64,000 nt of DNA from an uncultured Chromatiales bacterium. Its GTDB lineage: Bacteria > Pseudomonadota > Gammaproteobacteria > SZUA-140. Below, piece after piece: positions 9,614-16,924 of the stretch (position 1 is the first letter of the stretch; every line of letters begins with the position of its first letter). The position numbers and the translations under genes were made by a program. The stretch covers positions 2,347 to 66,346 of the forward strand of contig CAYLYS010000004.1 of assembly GCA_964388175.1 (NCBI GenBank), given 5' to 3'. Under the pieces are notes generated by a model that ran no database searches, had not been told where the DNA came from, and saw only the letters and a list, made by a program, of their open reading frames with translations.

Positions 9614-10470
9614 ATCACGCCCTTGTGCGCCGCTTCGCTGTAGAACGGCGTACCGAAATAGGTGAAGAAGGCGAAAGCGAACACGCCGATGATGGTCGCC
9701 GCGCCCACGCGCGGCGCAATGTTATAGGTGAAGCGCACGTGGATGGCGAGACCGAGCAGCAGCCAGTTGAGAAACGACGAGGTTTCGAGCGCATCCCAGG
9801 CCCAGTAGCGTCCCCAGGCATCCTGGGCCCAGACCGCGCCGGCGATCAGCATCAGGCTTTCGAAAACCAGCGCCAGCAGCATGAAGCGCCAGGCCACGGT
9901 ATCGAGTACGTCGTCGCCGGGCATGTGGCGGAAGAGATAGCGGAAACCTACCACGTCGCGCAACAGAATGATGCCGGCAAGACCGGTGCCGATGAGGCAA
10001 AAAGCGAGGAAGAATTTGCCGAAAATGACGTGCGCCCATTTCCAGTCGTGATAATAGGTCGGCGGGAAGGGGCTGGCGGCGGGATCGACCGTCACCACCC
10101 AGGCGCTCATGACCAGCAGGATCGGCAACACCACGACGGCTGTCGGCCTGATCAGGGGAATGCGCCAATAGACCACGGTGTATACCAGCCCGAGACTGAA
10201 CAGCTGGCTGATGAGCAGTTCGAACAGATCGACGAAAGGTCCGTGCCCCACCCGCAGCCAGCGCTCCGTCAGGGCGATCGTCAGCAGAATGACCGCCGCG
10301 GCGAGCAGCGTGAGCACATAGGTTTCCGGACGCCGGGAAAGCACGGCAGCGGTGCTGGTACGTCCTCCCGCGCGCAGTACGCCATGGGCGGCCAGCGCCA
10401 TTGCCAGCGCATAGCTGGCTATGCCCGCATACAGCCATGGCAGTTCCGACACCATGGTTTCCGTGTTCAT
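9610..10470 (-). CDS. ccsA: Cytochrome c-type biogenesis protein CcsA/ResC (System II heme-handling, WWD domain)
   Basis: Tryptophan-rich WWD motif WGRYWAWDALE and polytopic membrane topology. Start at MNTETMVSEL (ATG 10470, with GAGAGGA upstream). ATGA overlap with the resB stop. Confidence 0.85.
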   Translation of the reverse strand: MNTETMVSELPWLYAGIASYALAMALAAHGVLRAGGRTSTAAVLSRRPETYVLTLLAAAVILLTIALTERWLRVGHGPFVDLFELLISQLFSLGLVYTVVYWRIPLIRPTAVVVLPILLVMSAWVVTVDPAASPFPPTYYHDWKWAHVIFGKFFLAFCLIGTGLAGIILLRDVVGFRYLFRHMPGDDVLDTVAWRFMLLALVFESLMLIAGAVWAQDAWGRYWAWDALETSSFLNWLLLGLAIHVRFTYNIAPRVGAATIIGVFAFAFFTYFGTPFYSEAAHKGVI

Positions 10471-11498
10471 AGCGTTTTTCCTCTCGCCACATCGGATGCC
10501 GCATGCTTGCGGTCGGCCTCGCGGGCAATGGCATAGGTATGAACGGTGCCGAACTTGCGCCAGAAATGCGCGGCGAGCCCGAATACCGTGATGAACGCGA
10601 CGATGAACAGCCACTGCAAGGTCGGATCATAATACAACTTATAGCCCATCCAGCTCGACAGACGCTCATAACGCAGAAAACCGTCATCGAGCCGGATCGA
10701 TTGCCCCTGCGCCAGCTCCACGCGCTCATCTCCTGCGCGCACCACCAGCATGCCGCGCGCGTTCGCCGGCTCCAGGCGCCAGTCGGTCTGCGGATCCATG
10801 CCCGTTTCCAGTTGCAGCCAGAAGCGGATTTCCTGATCTCCCGGCCCCGGCACCCAGCGGTTCGCCTGGCGATGCTCGAACAGCGGATACGAGGGCATGT
10901 GAATGGCGCCGGTGACGGGCACGCCGGCGTCCGGCGTCCAGGTCAGGATGGCGGCAAAACCTTTGTTGAACGTGGTATAGAAGCGATAGCCGTCGAGCAC
11001 CAGCGGCGTATGGTCGCCGATCACCCGATGCTCCCAACCACCGCGGCCATCGGCAACGGCAATCTGGCTGCGCGTCGCGCCGCGCACCATGCCCGTGGAG
11101 TAATCGATGGCATACGGCCCCTGCAGGAAGTGCACGCGCTCGAAGTTGCCGCGGTGCCAGAGCCCCGTGCGGACATCGATCATGTCATCCGGTGAAAATG
11201 CCTGGCCTTCGGCGAGTTCGACGTTGGCTTCGAGGTAGGTCAGCCGGCCGATCGCAACGAGAACGGCGATGGCCAGCAGGCCGATATGGAACACCAGCAG
11301 GCCGCCGCGGCGGTTGATGCGCGGATCGGTGATGATGGCAGCGCACAGATTGATGGACAGCACGGTCAGCGGCGCAACCAACACCCAGACCGGCGTATCG
11401 ACAGGGTTGTCGTAGTTCAGCGCCGCACCCAAGCCGAGGAACACCATACCGAAAACGGTCAGACGCGTCGACGCGAGTTTGCGCAGAGCGCCACTCAT
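10467..11498 (-). CDS. resB: Cytochrome c biogenesis protein ResB/CcsB (System II)
   Basis: About 343 aa. N-terminal TM helices, a large periplasmic domain and a C-terminal TM, as in ResB. Start MSGALRKL at 11498 overlaps the undecaheme stop. Directly upstream of ccsA. Confidence 0.75.
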   Translation of the reverse strand: MSGALRKLASTRLTVFGMVFLGLGAALNYDNPVDTPVWVLVAPLTVLSINLCAAIITDPRINRRGGLLVFHIGLLAIAVLVAIGRLTYLEANVELAEGQAFSPDDMIDVRTGLWHRGNFERVHFLQGPYAIDYSTGMVRGATRSQIAVADGRGGWEHRVIGDHTPLVLDGYRFYTTFNKGFAAILTWTPDAGVPVTGAIHMPSYPLFEHRQANRWVPGPGDQEIRFWLQLETGMDPQTDWRLEPANARGMLVVRAGDERVELAQGQSIRLDDGFLRYERLSSWMGYKLYYDPTLQWLFIVAFITVFGLAAHFWRKFGTVHTYAIAREADRKHAASDVARGKTL

Positions 11499-14251
11499 GG
11501 CAGGTTCACGCAGGCCTCGTTGCTGTTGTTCATCCAATCGACGCCGACGATGGCGTTGCCGGGCGGGCCGGCCGAACCGCAGTTGACGTCCAGCCACTCG
11601 CCGCTGCGGGCGAAGCTGCGGATCTTCAGCGCGGAACCGAGATAGTAAGGCCCCTGATAATAGCGCCCGGTGCCGGACGACGCGAAACCGCTGTAGCGCA
11701 CCTGGGTACCCGGCGGCAGCTCGGCTTCCAGGCCGACGTCGTTGAGGTTGGCGAGGAAGGTCTTGTTCTTCCAGCCGTGCGGAATGGCGATGTGGCAATA
11801 GGTGCAGCGGAAATTCTGCACCACGAAGGCATGGCCCACATGCAGATTGACGCCGAGGAACTGCAGGCAGCCGCCACCTCCCACCGCGCGGCGGAATCCA
11901 CTCAACACCACGTCCGGATTGGGCGACAGCACGCCACGCGCATAGTTCTTGGGATCATGGCAGCGGAAGCACAGGTGATTGGCCGAATCCTCCTCAGTAG
12001 GACGCAAAGTGTTTGTTCCAGTCTGATCGTTCCAGTTGCCCTTGAGCAGGAAATTCTCGTCCGAACCGTGCGGTCCCCAGGGGAAACCATGCTCCCCACC
12101 CTCTGGCACCACGGTGTCACCCCGCGTACGTGAACCATGGCAGTCCGTGCAATACATGGTCTGCGTACCGACCGCCGTATTGAAGGGCGGACGCCAGGCA
12201 TTGCCGTCCGCGCCGCGCACCGCCGGCGTCCGTCCGGTCGGCTGCAGCGTGGGATGCCATGAGCGATGGTTGTTGGTGACGTAGTCGACCAGATTGCCCT
12301 GCGGATCGAGGCGCGAGAACGTCACCACGCCCTGGCCGCCGGAATCGGTCACCGTCGCCGGCACCGGCGCCTGTGCGCCGATATAGGCGCCGGTCGGCGT
12401 TCCCGGCGTGACCTCGCCCTGATGATCGCGCGGCGACTGGAACTCCATGCCCTGGTTGGTGTAATTGAACAGGGAGTTGGTGCCCGCCGGCGTCAGCCCG
12501 GAGGTATATCCCAGCGGCGGCGGAATATCGTAGGCGTAATTCGAGTGGCACTTCATGCACAGCTGATACTCGCGCGTCAGATACGGCGCGCTGACATCGG
12601 TGCTGCCGCCGACACCGGGATCGCCACGCTTGACCTGGAAATCGACCGGAATGCTGCCGAAGGCGGTATTGGCGTAGACCGGCTCGACGCCCCAGATGCC
12701 GCGCAGCACGCCCGAGGCGAGATTGCTCGGCGGAATGCCCGGCGTATGCTCGTGCGTCGGACCCGGATCGGGCACCGTCGGATCGGCGTTGAACAGACGG
12801 GTGCGCTGCACGCGATGCGGATTGTGGCAGTCGGTGCATTCGGCATGACGATTGGCGAGACCGCCGAGGCCGAGCAGTTCGCGCGACTCGATGAAATCCT
12901 GGCCGCGCTGCATGCCCTGCGTCGCGTCGTCGCCGGTGCCGATGTTGTGTACCTCACCCCCCGACAGTTGATCGGTGTTCGAGATCGGCATGTGCCGCGC
13001 CATGGTGGTGAAGTCAGTCTTGATGTCCGGAACTTCGAAGGCCGGATTGCTATTCGGACTGTTCTGTCCCTGCAGCGTCTGCGCGGTCGGCGGCCCGACG
13101 GCAGGATCGCCATGGCAGGCATAGCACACGTTTTCGATCGAGGGGTTGCCGCCCTGGCGGGCGCCGGTGACCGGATCGAGAGGGCCGTCGGTGCCTTCGC
13201 GCAGGATGCGCCGCGAACCCTGTACCGTGTGCGGATCGTGGCAGTTCAGACAGGCCGCCTGCCACACGCGCGTGCCGCGCGGGAATTCGCGCAGATCGGC
13301 GGCCTCGTTCGTATAACGCTCATCCGCCACCGCCGGATTGGCGTGCGCCGAACCGGCCCAGCCTTCCTTGTCGTGGCAGGCGAGGCAGATGATGTCGCGC
13401 TGCGCATCGAACTGTCCCTGCACCGGCGGCTGCTGCTGGAAGCGGTTCACGCGCAGGAACTTGATGTTCTCGCCCGGTACCTGCGAACGCAGATGGGGAT
13501 CGTGGCAGGTGATGCACTCCACCTTGGGACCGACGCCGTCGGCATCGCGTTCGAGCGGCAGATACTGGCCGCGCGGCAGCGGCTGGCGCGCTTCTCCGTC
13601 GATACGGCGCACGCGCTCATCCAGCCATGGCACCGAATTGGGATCGAACAGCTCGCCGTCACGCGCCGCCTGGGCGCTGTCGTAGGTGAAGGAGATCGGA
13701 TGGTCGTTGCTGAGATCGACGCCGAGATGACGGGTGAAGCCGGTCGTCACGCCGTGTCCCTGCGGTATCGTTCCCGGCGGTGAGCTGTCGCCGGCAGGGA
13801 AGGTGAACGGTACCGTGCGACCATCGCGGTTGGGCTGATCGCGATTGAGCACGTTGACCGCGCCGAGGGCAATAGTGCCGTCGTGGCACGACAGACACAG
13901 CTTGGACCGGCCCGTGGGCTGGCCGAGGTCGGTGGCGTCGATGGAACTCGATGAATACGGAATATAGGCCGTCTGCCGCAACTCGCGGTTCCACAGCGGC
14001 GCGTTCTGCGCGGGCGTCGCGCCGTGCGGCGTGTGGCAGAACACGCAGATCTGCGACTCTTCCGTGGCGAAGGCGCGGCGTTCGGTGCCGTCGGGGAGCG
14101 TGATACCAGCGGGCGGAACCGTGGCGGAGAAATTGTGCCGGGTGTTGGCGATGTCGGAGATCGGGGCCGCCGCCGACGCCCACATCGTCCACAGCGCGGC
14201 ACCGATACAGATGGCGGCGCCGGCGACAAAGGTAGACCAGCGACGCATCAC
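11495..14251 (-). CDS. Undecaheme c-type cytochrome, 918 aa, secreted
   Basis: Signal peptide and 11 CxxCH motifs, several in the form CxxCH(D/N)PH: CVFCH, CLSCH, CITCH, CLACH, CLNCH, CYACH, CTDCH, CMKCH, CTDCH, CFRCH, CTYCH. The N-terminal about 90 aa are homologous to the tetraheme protein at 22706..23545. Confidence 0.85.
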   Translation of the reverse strand: MMRRWSTFVAGAAICIGAALWTMWASAAAPISDIANTRHNFSATVPPAGITLPDGTERRAFATEESQICVFCHTPHGATPAQNAPLWNRELRQTAYIPYSSSSIDATDLGQPTGRSKLCLSCHDGTIALGAVNVLNRDQPNRDGRTVPFTFPAGDSSPPGTIPQGHGVTTGFTRHLGVDLSNDHPISFTYDSAQAARDGELFDPNSVPWLDERVRRIDGEARQPLPRGQYLPLERDADGVGPKVECITCHDPHLRSQVPGENIKFLRVNRFQQQPPVQGQFDAQRDIICLACHDKEGWAGSAHANPAVADERYTNEAADLREFPRGTRVWQAACLNCHDPHTVQGSRRILREGTDGPLDPVTGARQGGNPSIENVCYACHGDPAVGPPTAQTLQGQNSPNSNPAFEVPDIKTDFTTMARHMPISNTDQLSGGEVHNIGTGDDATQGMQRGQDFIESRELLGLGGLANRHAECTDCHNPHRVQRTRLFNADPTVPDPGPTHEHTPGIPPSNLASGVLRGIWGVEPVYANTAFGSIPVDFQVKRGDPGVGGSTDVSAPYLTREYQLCMKCHSNYAYDIPPPLGYTSGLTPAGTNSLFNYTNQGMEFQSPRDHQGEVTPGTPTGAYIGAQAPVPATVTDSGGQGVVTFSRLDPQGNLVDYVTNNHRSWHPTLQPTGRTPAVRGADGNAWRPPFNTAVGTQTMYCTDCHGSRTRGDTVVPEGGEHGFPWGPHGSDENFLLKGNWNDQTGTNTLRPTEEDSANHLCFRCHDPKNYARGVLSPNPDVVLSGFRRAVGGGGCLQFLGVNLHVGHAFVVQNFRCTYCHIAIPHGWKNKTFLANLNDVGLEAELPPGTQVRYSGFASSGTGRYYQGPYYLGSALKIRSFARSGEWLDVNCGSAGPPGNAIVGVDWMNNSNEACVNLP

Positions 14252-15312
14252 GCCTCACCCAGGAGTTGGAATATCATGATACGACCGTTGAAAGCATCAG
14301 CGACGTAGATCCGGTCACGGTGATCCGTCCAGACCCCGGCGGGCAGATAGAACTCTCCGATGCCACTGCCGGAACCTCCGATGGCCAGCAGCAGCTCCCC
14401 TCCATCGTTGAATACTAACAGATGGTCATAATAGGATTCCACCACATAGACATTGCCGTGAGAATCCACCGCAACGCCTTTGGGCCGCGGCATATCGCCG
14501 ACGAAAAGGCCACGCCGGCCGAATTCGCGCACGAATTTTCCGTCGGCATCGAAAATCTGCACTCTCGCATTCAGTGTATCGGTGACGATGAGGCGATCGT
14601 CGACGTAGGTGAGATACGTCGGCGCATTGAATTCACCCGCGCCTTCGCCGTGCGCACCGATGCGTCCGAGCAGCTCGCCGGCATCGCTGAAAATCTTGAC
14701 GTCGTGCGCCTGTGCATCGGCGACGAAGATCCGTCCGCGCGCCGCGTCGCGCACCACGCCGACCGGACGCTCCACTTGGCCGAGACCGATGCTGCCGCGC
14801 GGTTCGCCATCAGCACCGAGGCGCACGATCACCTTCAGATCCGCATCGGCGACCAGGATCTCGCCGTTGGCGCCGGGCGCGATGCCGACCGGCGTCATGA
14901 AACGCACCATCGGCCCGGCCGCCTGCCACAGCAACAGCTTGCCCTGTGCTTCGTCGAAAACGAAAATCGCCCCCCGGCTGACGTCGGTGACGAAGATGCG
15001 TCCGTCCTCGCCGACGAAACCGTTCTGCGGCCGCTGCAGGATCATCGGCGTATGCTTGGAACTGCCCAGCCCGACGACCCAGCTCAGCAAACGGCTGCCG
15101 ATACTGCTCACCTTGGACGAAGAAAAATTCTCCTCACCGGTGAGCTGACCGACCAGCGCATAGCGGGCCGTATCCGGCGCCTGGGGCCAGCGGAAACGCT
15201 CGTCTCCGGCGTATTCATACTGCAGCGTGGCGGGTCCGCTGGCGCATCCGGCCATGAACAGACACAGGAACAGAACGAACGGCAGTCCCGCGCGTGCCTG
15301 ACGCACGCTCAT
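14248..15312 (-). CDS. NHL-repeat (six-bladed beta-propeller) lipoprotein
   Basis: Lipobox FMAGC and six NHL-like repeats (e.g. GRIFVADAQAHDVKIF, DRLIVTDTLNARVQIFD, GNVYVVESYYDHLLVF, DRIYVADAFNGRIMIF). ATGA overlaps on both sides. Confidence 0.8.
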   Translation of the reverse strand: MSVRQARAGLPFVLFLCLFMAGCASGPATLQYEYAGDERFRWPQAPDTARYALVGQLTGEENFSSSKVSSIGSRLLSWVVGLGSSKHTPMILQRPQNGFVGEDGRIFVTDVSRGAIFVFDEAQGKLLLWQAAGPMVRFMTPVGIAPGANGEILVADADLKVIVRLGADGEPRGSIGLGQVERPVGVVRDAARGRIFVADAQAHDVKIFSDAGELLGRIGAHGEGAGEFNAPTYLTYVDDRLIVTDTLNARVQIFDADGKFVREFGRRGLFVGDMPRPKGVAVDSHGNVYVVESYYDHLLVFNDGGELLLAIGGSGSGIGEFYLPAGVWTDHRDRIYVADAFNGRIMIFQLLGEA

Positions 15313-16361
15313 CGCACCGCCGGCTCCGCGTCGACAGGCGCCGCCCCCGGCCAGGACGCCAGTGTCAGAATCTGAATGCGGCGGTTCAGGCTGTCGGCGA
15401 CATAGAGGAATCCTTCGTCCAGCCACAGGTCGGTGATGCGGCGGAAGCGGCCCGGCGCCGAACCGTGCCCACCGATGACGCCGATCAATTGGCTGCCCTG
15501 ATAGACCTTGATGTCGTCGCTGAGATAATCCGCGACGAAGGCGCGCTGCTGATGATCGACGACGATCGCCGTGGGGAAGGTAACGGTATCCTGTTGGAAC
15601 GATTCCCGGTACGCGCCATCCGGGCCCATGACCTGGACCCGCGCCGGACCATAGCGGGTGGCGATGTAATAGCCTGCCGGCCCTTGCGCCAGCGCGGTGA
15701 TGCCGAGAAAACGTCCCGCCCCCGCGCCACGCACGCCGATCGCACCCGACAGCAGTCCGGCAGGGTTGTACACCAGCACGTCATCGTTGAAACCATCGGC
15801 GATGAATACATAACCGGTATCGTCGTTGACCACCACGTTCATCGGACGACCGATGTTGATGCGGTCCTCGATGGTTCTGAGCAGGCGGCCATCGGCATCG
15901 AAATGCAAAACCCGGGCGCCGTCGGTATCGGCGAGGTAGAACGACAGATCGCGGTTGAGATGGATATCGGCGGCGTTGCCATGCAGAACGCCCTTGAGAT
16001 CGAGGACCATGCTCAGGCGGTCGAGGCGCCTGTCATATCTGAACAACTGCTGGTGACCGGCATCGACGATGTAGACCAGATGGCCTTTCGCCGCCACCGC
16101 CACGGGTTGCAGCAGCTGCGTGGAGATCGGCCCCGTCAGCATCTGCCATTCTCCGCTGCCGCTGGGCGCGCTGTCGAGCACCTGCCAAAGCTCGCCCGGC
16201 CCGGTCTGCGCCATGGTTTGCGGCGCCGGAGGCGCCGACGGCGGGGCGAAACGGGCAACATCCTCGCGCGTCAAGGCACAGGCCTGCAGCAGCAGGGCGA
16301 GCGCGGCGAAGATCAGCGCAGCAGGGTAACGTCTTGGGGTACGGAATGACATCTGCCGCAA
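15309..16361 (-). CDS. NHL-repeat beta-propeller lipoprotein (second copy)
   Basis: Lipobox LLQAC and NHL-like repeats (GHLVYIVDAGHQQLFRYD, LSFYLADTDGARVLHFD, GYVFIADGFNDDVLVY, GFLYVADSLNRRIQIL). The start (16361 or 16352) overlaps the 3' end of the upstream triheme gene by about 40-50 nt. Confidence 0.75.
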   Translation of the reverse strand: MRQMSFRTPRRYPAALIFAALALLLQACALTREDVARFAPPSAPPAPQTMAQTGPGELWQVLDSAPSGSGEWQMLTGPISTQLLQPVAVAAKGHLVYIVDAGHQQLFRYDRRLDRLSMVLDLKGVLHGNAADIHLNRDLSFYLADTDGARVLHFDADGRLLRTIEDRINIGRPMNVVVNDDTGYVFIADGFNDDVLVYNPAGLLSGAIGVRGAGAGRFLGITALAQGPAGYYIATRYGPARVQVMGPDGAYRESFQQDTVTFPTAIVVDHQQRAFVADYLSDDIKVYQGSQLIGVIGGHGSAPGRFRRITDLWLDEGFLYVADSLNRRIQILTLASWPGAAPVDAEPAVR

Positions 16362-16924
16362 TTCAGCGTGGGAGAGAATGCGACCTTACCATGACAAACG
16401 CCACAGAAGTCGCCCTGGATGATCGCCGACATGGAAACCGGATTGGCGCCGGCTTGCGGAATGAAGATCGCAGGATGGCAATTGGCGCATGTCAGCCACT
16501 CCGTATGCTGCAGATGGGGAAACCGCACCCACGGCATGGACTGCGTATTCCTGAAAATGATATCGAAATCGACCGGGAACATGTCCATGCTGCCGTCGAG
16601 CGAGGTGCGCGGCTCGATCAGCCTGCGCTCCAATGTCTTCACCCAGTCGATCTGCCCGGAACCATCGCGCGGGAAACCGGCCATGGCCTCATACGGCTGC
16701 TGCAGAACGGCAACCGCTTCGCCGCTGGGATCATGGATGCCGTCCTCCGCGACCGGAGCGATATCGCCGCGCATCTGGAAATGGGCGCCGCGCGACCACA
16801 ATGGCGCATCCTGCTCCTGTTGCGGGAATACGCTGCCCGCGGCACCCGCTGCCGCACTGACCGTCAAGGCCGCACATAGCGCCAGCAGACGCCACGCGCT
16901 CAGCGGATGCCCTCTTTTCATCAT
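16313..16924 (-). CDS. Triheme c-type cytochrome (c7/c3-like), periplasmic, copy A
   Basis: Signal peptide, then FPHLQHTEWLTCANCH, CGVCHGK and CGRCHS: three CxxCH motifs with distal His ligands in c7-like spacing. Paralogous to 18614..19264. Confidence 0.8.
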   Translation of the reverse strand: MMKRGHPLSAWRLLALCAALTVSAAAGAAGSVFPQQEQDAPLWSRGAHFQMRGDIAPVAEDGIHDPSGEAVAVLQQPYEAMAGFPRDGSGQIDWVKTLERRLIEPRTSLDGSMDMFPVDFDIIFRNTQSMPWVRFPHLQHTEWLTCANCHPAIFIPQAGANPVSMSAIIQGDFCGVCHGKVAFSPTLNCGRCHSVPQDVTLLR

